From NCBI RefSeq assembly GCF_001598795.1, contig NZ_BCZP01000010.1:120001-152000 (forward strand): 32,000 nucleotides of DNA, in the 5' to 3' direction. The stretch comes from Delftia acidovorans NBRC 14950 (GTDB taxonomy: Bacteria; Pseudomonadota; Gammaproteobacteria; Burkholderiales; Burkholderiaceae_C). This document shows, in pieces, positions 6,071-15,730 of the stretch; position 1 is the stretch's first letter, and every line of letters begins with the position of its first letter. The translations under genes and the position numbers were made by a program. The notes under the pieces were generated by a model that did no database searches, was not told the origin of the DNA, and worked only from the letters and a program-made list of their open reading frames with translations.

Positions 6071-9000
6071 ATGAATGCCCCACTGCCCGAAGACGTGCGC
6101 CGCGCCCTGGAGACGGTCACTCTCGACGACAAATACGCTCTGCAGCACGGCCGTGCATTCATGAGCGGAGTACAGGCCCTTGTGCGCCTGCCCATGCTGC
6201 AGCGCCAGCGCGACGCTGCAGCGGGCCTGAACACCGCAGGCTTCATCAGCGGCTACCGGGGCTCCCCGCTGGGCGGCTATGACCAGGCGCTATGGGCCGC
6301 GAAAAAGCACCTCGAATCCAACAACATCGTCTTCCAGCCCGGCGTCAATGAAGAGCTGGGCGCCACGGCCGTCTGGGGCACGCAGCAGCTGGATCTCTAT
6401 CCCGAGACCAAGAAGTTCGACGGCGTCTTTGGCCTGTGGTACGGCAAGGGCCCGGGCGTGGACCGCTGCTCCGACGTGTTCAAGCACGCCAACATGGCGG
6501 GCACGGCCAGGCACGGCGGCGTGATCGCGCTGGCCGGCGACGACCACATCAGCAAGAGCAGCACGGCCGCCCACCAGAGCGACCACATCTTCAAGGCCTG
6601 CGGCACGCCGGTGTTCTTTCCCAGCAATGTGCAGGACATCCTGGACATGGGGCTGCACGCCTTTGCCATGAGCCGCTTCTCGGGCCTGTGGTCGGGCATG
6701 AAGACCATCCAGGAGGTGGTGGAGTCCTCGGCCAGCGTGTCGGTGGAGCCGGACCGCGTGAACATCATCCTGCCCGAGGACTTCCAGATGCCGCCCGGTG
6801 GCCTGCACATCCGCTGGCCCGATGCGCCGCTGGAGCAGGAGCAGCGGCTGATGAACTACAAGTGGTATGCGGCCCTGGCCTATGTGCGCGCCAACCGGCT
6901 CAACCACAACGTGATCGACGGTCCCAACGACCGCTTCGGCCTGATCGCCAGCGGAAAGGCCTACAACGACATGCGCCAGGCCCTGGCCGACCTGGGCCTG
7001 GACGACGACACCTGCCGCCAGCTGGGCATACGCGTGCACAAGGTCAACGTGGTCTGGCCGCTGGAGGCCACCATCACGCGCGACTTCGCGCGCGGCCTGC
7101 AGGAAATCCTGGTGGTGGAGGAAAAGCGCCAGGTCATCGAATACCAGATCAAGGAAGAGCTCTACAACTGGCGCTCCGACGTGCGGCCCAACGTGGTCGG
7201 CAAGTTCAGCGATGAGCACGGCGGCGAATGGTCGGTGCCCAATCCCAGCCAGGACTGGCTGCTGCGCCCCAATGCGGACCTGACGCCGGCCCTCATCGCG
7301 CGCGCCATCGTCCAGCGCCTGACCAAGATCGGCGTGCCCGAACACATCGCCCAGCGCATGCACGAGCGCATTGCCGTGCTGGACGCCCGCGAGGCCGCGC
7401 TCAAGGCCGCCCAGAGCCAGCCCACGGGCGACCGCGTGCCATGGTTTTGCAGCGGCTGCCCGCACAACACCAGCACCCGCGTGCCCGAGGGCAGCCGCGC
7501 CGTGGCCGGCATCGGCTGCCACTACATGACGGTGTGGATGGACCGCTCCACCAGCACCTTCACGCAGATGGGTGGCGAGGGCGTGACGTGGGTGGGCCAG
7601 GCGCCCTTCACCAAGGACGCCCATGTCTTCGCCAACCTGGGCGACGGCACCTACTTCCACAGCGGCCTGCTGGCGATACGCCAGAGCATCGCGGCCGGCG
7701 TGAACATCACCTACAAGCTGCTGTACAACGACGCCGTGGCCATGACGGGCGGCCAGCGCGTGGGCGAGCGGCCCGAGGGCCACTCGGTGCTGCAGATCAT
7801 GAACAGCCTCAAGTCCGAGGGCGTGGCCAAACTGGTCATCGTCACCGACGAACCCGCCAAGTACGACGGCGTGCCGCTGGCCGAGGGCGTGACCGTGCAC
7901 CACCGCGACGAGCTGGACCGCATCCAGCGCGAGTTCCGCACCCTCAAGGGCTGCACGGCCATCATCTACGACCAGACCTGCGCCACCGAAAAGCGCCGCC
8001 GCCGCAAACGCGGCACGCTGGCCACGCCCGACAAGACCGTGGTCATCAACGAATTGGTCTGCGAAGGCTGCGGCGACTGCTCCGTGCAGTCCAACTGCCT
8101 GTCGGTCGAGCCGGTGGAGACCGAGTTCGGCCGCAAGCGCCGCATCAACCAGAACACCTGCAACAAGGACTACTCCTGCGTGAAGGGCTTTTGCCCCAGC
8201 TTCGTCACCATCGAAGGCGGACAGCTCAAGAAGCCCAAGAAGGAGAAGAAGGGCGATCTGTCCATGCTGCCCGCCATCCCGGAGCCCGTGCTGCCGGTGG
8301 CCGAGCAGGCCTGGGGCATTGTCGTGGCCGGCGTCGGCGGCACGGGCGTGATCACCATCGGCTCGCTGCTGGGCATGGCCGCCCACCTGGAGGGCAAGGG
8401 CGTGATCACCCAGGATGCGGCCGGCTTGGCGCAAAAGGGCGGCTCCACCTGGAGCCACATCCAGATCGCCAACCGTCCCGAGGCCATCTACACCACCAAG
8501 GTGGACATGGCCAAGGCCGACCTGGTGATCGGCTGTGACCCCATCGTCACGGCCACGCCGACCACCATGTCCGTGATGCAGCCGGGACGCACCTTCGTGG
8601 CGCTCAACAGCCACGGCTCGCCCACGGCAGCCTTCGTCACCAACCCTGACTGGCAGGCGCCGGACGACCGCTGCGCCAGCGCCCTGGCCCAGGCCGTGGG
8701 CCCCGAGCTGCTGGGCAGCTTCGACGCCGAGCAGGTGGCCGTGCAACTGCTGGGCGACAGCATCTACACCAACCCGCTGATCCTGGGCTACGCCTGGCAA
8801 AAGGGCCGCGTGCCGCTGTCGCATGCGGCGCTGATGCGCGCCATCGAACTCAACGGCGTGCAGGCCGACAACAACAAGGCCGCCTTCGAGTGGGGCCGCC
8901 GCTGCGCCCATGACCTGGCTGCCGTGCGCGCCCTGTTCCAGACGGCCCAGGTGATCCAGTTCGTCAAGAAGCCTTCGCTGACCGAGATGGTGGCCAAGCG

Positions 9001-9652
9001 CGTGGACTTCCTCACGGGCTACCAGAACGCCGCCTATGCGGCCGAGTACCAGGCCTTCGTGGACAAGGTCCATGCCGCCGAGCGCGGCGTGGCGGGCTCC
9101 GGCACGCGCCTGTCGGAGGCCGTGGCCCGATATCTGTTCAAACTCATGGCCTACAAGGATGAGTACGAGGTCGCGCGCCTGCACACCGATGCAGCCTTCA
9201 GCCAGCGCATCGCCGGCATGTTCGAGGGCGACTACCGCGTGGTCCACCACCTGGCGCCGCCGTCGTCGGCCGGCAAGGATGAGCACGGCCATCTGGTCAA
9301 GAAGTCCTACGGTCCCTGGATGCGCAAGGCCATGGAAGTGCTGGCGAAGATGAAGGGCCTGCGCGGCACGGCGCTGGACCCCTTCGGCCGCACGCAGGAG
9401 CGCCGCACCGAGCGCGCCCTGATCCAGGAATACCGCCAGTGCATCGAAGGCCTGCTGGCCGAACTCACGCCCGAGCGCCTGGCGCTGGCCGTGGAGATCG
9501 CCAGCATTCCCGAGGACATCCGCGGCTACGGCCATGTGAAGGAGCGCAACCTGGCAGCGGCCCGCATCAAGTGGAAGGCACTGATGGCACGCTGGAGCGC
9601 ACCGTCACGGGGTGCGGGCAGCACGGGCAAGCCCGCCGTCGGCGTCGCCTGA
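6071..9652 (+). CDS. Indolepyruvate:ferredoxin oxidoreductase family protein (fused alpha/beta, 2-oxoacid:ferredoxin oxidoreductase)
   Basis: The 1193-aa ORF has a GGAGACAAGCC SD before the ATG. It carries a TPP region (GCHYMTVWMD, GGEGVTWVGQAPF, NLGDGTYFHSG) and the ferredoxin-type cysteine cluster CEGCGDCSVQSNC...CNKDYSCVKGFCPSF. It is divergent from the Lrp regulator. Confidence 0.93.
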   Translation: MNAPLPEDVRRALETVTLDDKYALQHGRAFMSGVQALVRLPMLQRQRDAAAGLNTAGFISGYRGSPLGGYDQALWAAKKHLESNNIVFQPGVNEELGATAVWGTQQLDLYPETKKFDGVFGLWYGKGPGVDRCSDVFKHANMAGTARHGGVIALAGDDHISKSSTAAHQSDHIFKACGTPVFFPSNVQDILDMGLHAFAMSRFSGLWSGMKTIQEVVESSASVSVEPDRVNIILPEDFQMPPGGLHIRWPDAPLEQEQRLMNYKWYAALAYVRANRLNHNVIDGPNDRFGLIASGKAYNDMRQALADLGLDDDTCRQLGIRVHKVNVVWPLEATITRDFARGLQEILVVEEKRQVIEYQIKEELYNWRSDVRPNVVGKFSDEHGGEWSVPNPSQDWLLRPNADLTPALIARAIVQRLTKIGVPEHIAQRMHERIAVLDAREAALKAAQSQPTGDRVPWFCSGCPHNTSTRVPEGSRAVAGIGCHYMTVWMDRSTSTFTQMGGEGVTWVGQAPFTKDAHVFANLGDGTYFHSGLLAIRQSIAAGVNITYKLLYNDAVAMTGGQRVGERPEGHSVLQIMNSLKSEGVAKLVIVTDEPAKYDGVPLAEGVTVHHRDELDRIQREFRTLKGCTAIIYDQTCATEKRRRRKRGTLATPDKTVVINELVCEGCGDCSVQSNCLSVEPVETEFGRKRRINQNTCNKDYSCVKGFCPSFVTIEGGQLKKPKKEKKGDLSMLPAIPEPVLPVAEQAWGIVVAGVGGTGVITIGSLLGMAAHLEGKGVITQDAAGLAQKGGSTWSHIQIANRPEAIYTTKVDMAKADLVIGCDPIVTATPTTMSVMQPGRTFVALNSHGSPTAAFVTNPDWQAPDDRCASALAQAVGPELLGSFDAEQVAVQLLGDSIYTNPLILGYAWQKGRVPLSHAALMRAIELNGVQADNNKAAFEWGRRCAHDLAAVRALFQTAQVIQFVKKPSLTEMVAKRVDFLTGYQNAAYAAEYQAFVDKVHAAERGVAGSGTRLSEAVARYLFKLMAYKDEYEVARLHTDAAFSQRIAGMFEGDYRVVHHLAPPSSAGKDEHGHLVKKSYGPWMRKAMEVLAKMKGLRGTALDPFGRTQERRTERALIQEYRQCIEGLLAELTPERLALAVEIASIPEDIRGYGHVKERNLAAARIKWKALMARWSAPSRGAGSTGKPAVGVA

Positions 9653-9700
9653 AACCACACGGACTGCCCTGCTCCAGGGGCCTCCTGTAAGATCGCTGCC

Positions 9701-9728
9701 GCCGCCCGCACCGCAAGGTGTGGGCGGC
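9701..9728 (+). terminator. GC-rich hairpin with GCAA (GNRA) tetraloop about 50 nt after the ior stop; possible terminator or 3' stabiliser, no U-tail
   Basis: GCCGCCCGCACC-GCAA-GGTGTGGGCGGC forms a 12-bp stem with one G-U pair. It is followed by GCGCGGCTCCG, so the call is weak. Confidence 0.35.
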
Positions 9729-9914
9729 GCGGCTCCGTCAGGGTCCGTTCCATGGACCGTCAAGCCGAGCGCAAAAATCACGAAAAACCGCGCTCCACCC
9801 CTTTAAAAACGGCAGATGGCAGCCAGTTGCAGCCATCGTCGCCGAAAAACCCGCAGCCGCCAGATCCTGGCAGCCCATGTGGGTCAGGGCTGACGCATAC
9901 AATGCTCCGTTCTC

Positions 9915-9956
9915 CTGCGCGGGCCCGTGCATACGGCGTGCGCAGCGACCCTTTTT
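9915..9956 (+). promoter_or_regulatory. Hairpin plus T-run in the putative yajC leader
   Basis: CTGCGC...CCGT-GCAT-ACGG...GCGCAG spans 9915-9945, and CCCTTTTTCG follows 6 nt later. A TACAAT hexamer at 9898-9903 lies upstream but has no convincing -35 element. Confidence 0.25.
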
Positions 9957-9983
9957 CGACCTTCCAATCCTGGAGTCTTGCCC

Positions 9984-10319
9984 GTGTTTATTTCTTCCGC
10001 TTTTGCCCAGACCGCACCCGCAGCAGCAGCCTCCGGTGGCGACTTCATGTCGCAGCTGTACGGCATGGCACCGCTGGCACTGATGTTCGTGGTGCTGTAC
10101 TTCGTGATGATCCGCCCCCAGATGAAGCGCCAGAAGGAGCATCGCTCCATGATCGAGGCGCTGGCCAAGGGCGACGAGGTGGCAACGTCCGGCGGCATCA
10201 TCGGCCGCGTGACACGCATGTCCGAGCAATTCCTGCACATCGAGATCGCCTCGGGTGTGGAAGTCCAGATCCAGCGCAGCGCCGTCGTACAGGTGCTGCC
10301 CAAGGACACGCTGAAGTAA
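9984..10319 (+). CDS. yajC: Preprotein translocase subunit YajC
   Basis: I chose the GTG at 9984, in frame within ORF 9927..10319, because it is preceded by GGAG with an 8-nt spacer. The product starts (M)FISSAFAQTAPAAAASGGDFMSQLYGMAPLALMFVVLYFVMIRPQMKRQKEHRSMIEALAKGDEV, a classic YajC core. secD and secF follow. Confidence 0.9.
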   Translation: MFISSAFAQTAPAAAASGGDFMSQLYGMAPLALMFVVLYFVMIRPQMKRQKEHRSMIEALAKGDEVATSGGIIGRVTRMSEQFLHIEIASGVEVQIQRSAVVQVLPKDTLK

Positions 10320-10410
10320 GCGCTGTCCCTGTCTTGCGGGTGTGCGGACCGCGCAGGCGGCAGCACACCCTTTTGTGCGTTGCTGTCTACAAAGAGCGAA
10401 GAGCGCGATC

Positions 10411-12333
10411 ATGAACCGATATCCGGTCTGGAAGTACGCGATCATCGTGATCGCGCTGCTGGTGGGGGTGCTCTACACCCTGCCCAATTTTTTCGGTGAG
10501 GCGCCTGCGGTGCAGGTCTCCTCGGCCAAGGCCACCGTCAAGGTGGACAACGCGGTGCTGCACAGGGTCGAGGAGGCCCTGAAGGCTGCCGATGTCAAGC
10601 CCGATGTGCTGACCATTGAGGGCACCTCGGTGCGGGCGCGCTTCAACACGCCCGACGAGCAGCTCAAGGCCAAGGACGTGATCCAGAAGGCCCTGATCCC
10701 CGATGCCAACGACCCGGCCTACATCGTGGCGCTGAACCTGGTGTCGCGCTCGCCGCAATGGCTCACGGCCGTCGGCGCCAAGCCCATGTACCTGGGTCTG
10801 GACCTGCGCGGTGGCGTGCACTTCATGCTGCAGGTGGACATGGCTGCGGCCCTGACCAAGAAGGCCGACTCCTTTGCCGGCGACCTGCGCACCTCGCTGC
10901 GCGACAAGAACATCCGCCACGGCGGCGTCTCGCGCAACGGCAACACCATCGAGATCCGCGTGCGCGACGAGGCCATGCTCACGGCCGCACGCAATCTGGT
11001 CACCGACCAGTTCCCCGATCTGGCGGCCACCTCCGAGCCTGATGGCGCCGGCTTCAAGCTGCTGGCCTCCATCAAGCCCGAAGCCCTGCGCAAGGTGCAG
11101 GAGCAGGCGCTCAAGCAGAACATCGTCACCCTGCACAACCGTATCAACGAGCTGGGCGTGGCCGAGCCCGTGATCCAGCAGCAGGGTCTGGACCGCATCA
11201 TCGTCCAGCTGCCCGGCGTGCAGGACACGGCCAAGGCCAAGGACATCCTGGGCCGCACGGCCACGCTGGAAGTGCGCCTGGTCGACGAATCCTCCGAGGC
11301 GCGCGGCGCCGAGCTGGGCTCGGGCCCCGTACCCTTCGGCTCCGAGCGCTACCTGGACCGCAACGCCCAGGCCGTGATCGTGCAAAAGCAGGTCGTGCTG
11401 ACCGGCGAGAACCTCACCGACGCACAGCCCGGCTTCGACAGCCAGACCCAGGAACCCACGGTCAACCTGGTGCTCGATGCCAAGGGCGCGCGCATCTTCA
11501 AGGACATCACGCGTGAGAACGTGGGCAAGCGCATGGCCATCATCCTGTTCGAAAAGGGCAAGGGCGAGGTCGTGACGGCTCCCGTGATCCGCACCGAGAT
11601 CGGTGGCGGACGCGTGCAGATCTCGGGCCGCATGACCACGGCGGAAGCCAACGACACGGCCCTGCTGCTGCGTGCCGGCTCGCTGGCCGCGCCCATGGAG
11701 ATCATCGAGGAATACACCATCGGCCCCAGCCTGGGCGCCGACAACATCAACCGCGGCATCCACTCCGTGGTCTGGGGCCTGGTGGCCATCGCGGCCTTCA
11801 TGTGCGTGTACTACATGCTGTTCGGCGTGATCTCCACGGTGGCCCTGTCGGTCAACGTGCTGCTGCTGCTGGCCATCCTTTCCATGCTGCAGGCCACGCT
11901 GACCCTGCCCGGCATCGCCGCCATGGCGCTGGCGCTGGGCGTGGCCATCGACTCCAACGTGCTGATCAACGAGCGCATTCGCGAAGAACTGCGCGGCGGC
12001 GCCTCGCCGCAGGCCGCCATCCATGCGGGCTACGAGAACGCATGGCACACCATCCTGGACTCGAACGTGACCACGCTGATCGCGGGCCTGGCGCTGCTGG
12101 CCTTCGGCTCCGGCCCGGTGCGCGGCTTCGCCGTGGTGCACTGCATCGGCATCCTGACCAGCATGTTCTCGGCCGTGTTCTTCTCGCGCGGCCTGGTCAA
12201 CCTCTGGTACGGCCGCCGCAAGAAGCTCAAGAGCATCTCCATCGGCCAGGTCTGGAAGCCGGAAGACACCAGCCAGCTGCGCTCCGTGGCTGCCAAGGGT
12301 TCCAGCGTCGCCGATTCCGGCGCCAACAACTGA
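10411..12333 (+). CDS. secD: Protein translocase subunit SecD
   Basis: The internal ATG at 10411 gives MNRYPVWKYAIIVIALLVGVLYTLPNFFGE. There is a large periplasmic domain, then C-terminal TM helices containing LTLPGIAAMALALGVAIDSNVLINERIREE. Confidence 0.95.
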   Translation: MNRYPVWKYAIIVIALLVGVLYTLPNFFGEAPAVQVSSAKATVKVDNAVLHRVEEALKAADVKPDVLTIEGTSVRARFNTPDEQLKAKDVIQKALIPDANDPAYIVALNLVSRSPQWLTAVGAKPMYLGLDLRGGVHFMLQVDMAAALTKKADSFAGDLRTSLRDKNIRHGGVSRNGNTIEIRVRDEAMLTAARNLVTDQFPDLAATSEPDGAGFKLLASIKPEALRKVQEQALKQNIVTLHNRINELGVAEPVIQQQGLDRIIVQLPGVQDTAKAKDILGRTATLEVRLVDESSEARGAELGSGPVPFGSERYLDRNAQAVIVQKQVVLTGENLTDAQPGFDSQTQEPTVNLVLDAKGARIFKDITRENVGKRMAIILFEKGKGEVVTAPVIRTEIGGGRVQISGRMTTAEANDTALLLRAGSLAAPMEIIEEYTIGPSLGADNINRGIHSVVWGLVAIAAFMCVYYMLFGVISTVALSVNVLLLLAILSMLQATLTLPGIAAMALALGVAIDSNVLINERIREELRGGASPQAAIHAGYENAWHTILDSNVTTLIAGLALLAFGSGPVRGFAVVHCIGILTSMFSAVFFSRGLVNLWYGRRKKLKSISIGQVWKPEDTSQLRSVAAKGSSVADSGANN

Positions 12334-12346
12334 AAGGGGGAAGACC

Positions 12347-13297
12347 ATGGAGTTCTTCCGCATCCGCAAAGACATCCCCTTCATGAAGTACGCGTTGGTC
12401 CTCAACGCGATCTCCTTCATCACCTTCGCGCTGGCCGTGTTCTTCCTGCTCACGCGCGGCCTGCACCTGTCCGTGGAGTTCACGGGCGGCACCGTGATGG
12501 AGGTGGCCTATACCCAGACCGCCGACATCGCCAAGGTGCGCGATACCGTCTCCAAGCTGGGCTACAGCGACGTCACGGTGCAGAACTTCGGCACGTCGCG
12601 CGACGTGATGATCCGCCTGCCCGTGCAAAAGGACGTGTCCTCCGCGCAGCAAAGCGAGCAGGTGCTCACGGCGCTCAAGAAGGAAGACGCCGAAGTCACG
12701 CTGCGCCGCACCGAGTTCGTGGGCCCGCAGGTGGGTGACGAGCTCATGCACAACGGCCTGATGGCACTGGGCTTCGTGGTGCTGGGCATCGTGATCTACC
12801 TGGCCATGCGCTTCGAATGGAAGTTCGGCGTGGCCGCCGTGATCGCCAACCTGCACGACGTGGTCATCATCCTGGGCTTCTTCGCGTTCTTCCAGTGGGA
12901 GTTCTCGCTGTCCGTGCTGGCCGGCGTGCTGGCCGTGCTGGGCTACTCGGTCAACGAGTCGGTCGTGATCTTCGACCGTATCCGCGAAGCCTTCCGCAAG
13001 TTCCGCAAGCTCAGCACCACCGAGGTGATCGACCACGCCATCACCAGCACGATGAGCCGCACCATCATCACCCACGCCTCCACCGAGGCCATGGTGCTGT
13101 CCATGTTCTTCTTCGGCGGTCCCAGCCTGCATTACTTCGCGCTGGCTCTGACCATCGGCATCCTGTTCGGCATCTATTCCTCGGTCTTCGTGGCCGCCGC
13201 CATCGCCATGTGGCTGGGCGTCAAGCGCGAGGATCTGATCAAGGCGCCCAAGGCTTCCACGGACCCCAACGATCCCAACGCCGGCGCCACTGTGTAA
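12347..13297 (+). CDS. secF: Protein translocase subunit SecF
   Basis: An AAGGGGGAAG SD precedes the ATG. The product starts MEFFRIRKDIPFMKYALVLNAISFITF and contains GLHLSVEFTGGT and LGYSVNESVVIFDRIRE. It lies 13 nt after secD. Confidence 0.95.
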   Translation: MEFFRIRKDIPFMKYALVLNAISFITFALAVFFLLTRGLHLSVEFTGGTVMEVAYTQTADIAKVRDTVSKLGYSDVTVQNFGTSRDVMIRLPVQKDVSSAQQSEQVLTALKKEDAEVTLRRTEFVGPQVGDELMHNGLMALGFVVLGIVIYLAMRFEWKFGVAAVIANLHDVVIILGFFAFFQWEFSLSVLAGVLAVLGYSVNESVVIFDRIREAFRKFRKLSTTEVIDHAITSTMSRTIITHASTEAMVLSMFFFGGPSLHYFALALTIGILFGIYSSVFVAAAIAMWLGVKREDLIKAPKASTDPNDPNAGATV

Positions 13298-13336
13298 GCG
13301 AATGTTCTAGCTCCAGACCGGCTTACACTCGCGGGC

Positions 13337-15730
13337 ATGCCCTCTCTGCCCACCCCTTCCAACGCGCCTGCTGGCACCCAGTCCTCACTGGGCCAGCAGG
13401 CGCGTTTGCATTGGGTGCGTGGACTGTGCAAGGGCCTGCCCGGCGTGGCCCAGCAGCTGCTGGCCCAGATGGAACAACAGGCCCAGGCCGTGGGCACCGC
13501 ACGTGAAATGCAGGAGCGTCGCGAGGCCTGGTCCAGCTATCGCCAGCACCAGGCGGCCTGGCTGAATGCCTGCATGCAGGCCCTGCAGGGCGCACTGCAG
13601 CCGGGCAGGGCCACACCGGCCTCCTTGCCACAGCGCGGGGCGCTGCAGTTCGAACTGCTCAGCGACGATGTGGTGGAGAACAAGATCCTGGCCTCCCGCA
13701 TGGCGCTGGCCATGGGGGAAACCACGGCACCCGTCTTCGATACGCTGCGCCTGCGCATGCAGGCCATTGAAAACCAGGAACTGCCATCCGACGACATTCT
13801 GCGCAGCGAGTCCGTGTGCCGCCATCTGGTCGAGCAATGGCTCGCCAGCGGCCTGCAGCGCGGCGATCTGCAGCGTGTGAACGATCTGCTGCAGACAGCC
13901 CTGGCACCGCTGCTGGTGGCCGGATACCAGGCGGCCCACCAGCTGCTGGATGGCCAGGGCGTCACCCGTTCGCAGGACGTGGCCATGCGGGTGCGGCGCA
14001 CCGAGGGCGGCCACTCCACGCGCGCCATGGGCCTGGGCCCGGCCACGGCGCCTGCCTCGACCTCGCAGCCTTCCTCAGCCTATGCGCCCACGCAGATGGG
14101 TGGCGTGCCGGGCGCTGCCGCCTCCTATCCGCCCAACGGAGCACTGCCCCAGGGCCAGATGCCCGTGGGCCTGACAACACTTTCGCGCGCACGCCACCGC
14201 GCCCATGAAGTCGTGGGCCAACTGCGCCGCCTGCTCATGCAGCCGGGCGTGGGCGTGCCGGGCCTGGTGCCCGGCGTGGGCGGCGTGGGCGGTGGCCTGC
14301 AGCAGGCCCCCGCATCGGCCGCGCTGACCCAGGCCCTGCTGGAGCAGCGCGTCGTGGCCCAGACGCAGTACCAGCAGATGCTGGCCCGGGGACTGACCAC
14401 GCTGCAAATCGATGCCAGCCCGGCCGCCATCGGCCAGTTGGTGGGCCAGGTGCGCGAGCGCTCGGCCGAGCTCAAGCGCAAGGCCACCACCTCGGGCGAA
14501 AAGGCCACCATCGAGATCGTGGCCCTGATGTTCCAGGCCATCCTGACCGAGGACCGCATCCCGCCCTCGGTGCGCGTCTGGTTTGCCCGGCTGCAGGTGC
14601 CCGTTCTGCGCGTGGCCCTGGCCGAGCCGGAATTCTTCAGCAACCTGCGCCACCCGGCCCGGCTGCTGATCGACCGCCTGGGTTCGTGCGTGATGGGGTT
14701 CGACGCTTCCAGCATCAGCGGCAGCGCGCTGGAGTCGGAGATCCGGCGCATCGTCCAAGTCATCGAGCAGTACCCGGAGACCGGCCAGAAGGTCTTCGTG
14801 CTGGTGCTGCGCGAGTTCGAGGACTTCCTGGCGCGCTACCTGACCCAGTCGCAGGACAAGGCCAAGATCGTCAGCGTGGCCCAGCAGGTGGTGCAAAAGG
14901 AAACCCTGGCCATCCAGTACACGATCGAGCTGCGCCACCTGCTCACCGACATGCCGGTGCGCGAAGAGATCCGCGAGTTCCTGTTCAAGACCTGGACCGA
15001 GGTGCTGGCCCTGGCCGCCGTGCGCCACGGCGCCAAGGACGCGCGCACCATGCGCTTCAAGCAGGCCGCCAGCGAACTGGTCTGGGCCGCCAGCGCCAAG
15101 CCCACGCGCCAGGAACGCTCGCGCGTGATCCAGACGCTGCCGACGCTGCTGCAGACGCTGCGCGAAGGGCTGGCCCTGATCGGCGTCACGGGCGAGGGGC
15201 AGTCCGCACGCATCAAGCTGGTCACCGACACGCTGGCCGAAGCCTTCGTCTCCAAGACAGCGACCATCGCACCGGCCCGTATCGAGGCCATGGCCCAGCG
15301 GCTGTCCCATCTGGAGCAGTACATCAGCGAAGACGGCATGCTCGACGAGGACATGCCGCTGTCGCCCGAGAACATCGAGATGATCCTGGGCGTGGACACG
15401 GCCGGGCTCAACGTCATCCCGAGCACCAACACCCCCGTGGACCCGGTGATGCTGGAGTGGGCCACCTCGCTGGAGCCGGGCCGCTGGTTCACGCTGGACC
15501 ACAACGGCGCGCGCATCCAGGTGCAATACACTTGGCGCAGCCGCCGCAAGCAGCTGCACCTGTTCGCCGCGCTCGATGGCACCTGCCACCTGCTGCAGCT
15601 GCGGCGCATGGCCTCCTACCTGCAGTCCGGCCTGCTGTCCGTGCATGACGAAGAGGCGCTCACGGTGCGCGCGACGCGCGATGCGCTGGAGAAGATTCAG
15701 GCGAACCCTGAAAGACTCGGCACCCCCTGA
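13337..15730 (+). CDS. DUF1631-like large protein of unknown function
   Basis: The 797-aa ORF has coding-like GC3. I recognise the DUF1631 family from memory through the motif EPEFFSNLRHPARLLIDRLG and the C-terminal block GRWFTLDHNGARIQVQYTWRSRRKQLHLFAALDG. A Pro/Gly/Ala-rich linker lies at about 14040-14320. The start is uncertain because there is no SD at 13337. Confidence 0.8.
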   Translation: MPSLPTPSNAPAGTQSSLGQQARLHWVRGLCKGLPGVAQQLLAQMEQQAQAVGTAREMQERREAWSSYRQHQAAWLNACMQALQGALQPGRATPASLPQRGALQFELLSDDVVENKILASRMALAMGETTAPVFDTLRLRMQAIENQELPSDDILRSESVCRHLVEQWLASGLQRGDLQRVNDLLQTALAPLLVAGYQAAHQLLDGQGVTRSQDVAMRVRRTEGGHSTRAMGLGPATAPASTSQPSSAYAPTQMGGVPGAAASYPPNGALPQGQMPVGLTTLSRARHRAHEVVGQLRRLLMQPGVGVPGLVPGVGGVGGGLQQAPASAALTQALLEQRVVAQTQYQQMLARGLTTLQIDASPAAIGQLVGQVRERSAELKRKATTSGEKATIEIVALMFQAILTEDRIPPSVRVWFARLQVPVLRVALAEPEFFSNLRHPARLLIDRLGSCVMGFDASSISGSALESEIRRIVQVIEQYPETGQKVFVLVLREFEDFLARYLTQSQDKAKIVSVAQQVVQKETLAIQYTIELRHLLTDMPVREEIREFLFKTWTEVLALAAVRHGAKDARTMRFKQAASELVWAASAKPTRQERSRVIQTLPTLLQTLREGLALIGVTGEGQSARIKLVTDTLAEAFVSKTATIAPARIEAMAQRLSHLEQYISEDGMLDEDMPLSPENIEMILGVDTAGLNVIPSTNTPVDPVMLEWATSLEPGRWFTLDHNGARIQVQYTWRSRRKQLHLFAALDGTCHLLQLRRMASYLQSGLLSVHDEEALTVRATRDALEKIQANPERLGTP

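Noticed and set aside
6290-9535. 1081-aa minus-strand ORF opposite the ior gene
   Set aside because: It is a shadow frame of a clearly recognisable 1193-aa oxidoreductase. The composition is low-complexity (A/G/R/H/V/L/D), with no motifs and no SD.
10387-12492. 701-aa minus-strand ORF opposite secD, and 12227..13132 opposite secF
   Set aside because: Both are antisense to unambiguous SecD and SecF. They are a GC-rich stop-codon-poor artefact.
14075-15646. 523-aa minus ORF and the 320-aa plus ORF (14686..15648) overlapping the DUF1631-like gene
   Set aside because: These are shadow or alternative frames with a low-complexity composition. The 13337..15730 frame has balanced composition and family motifs.
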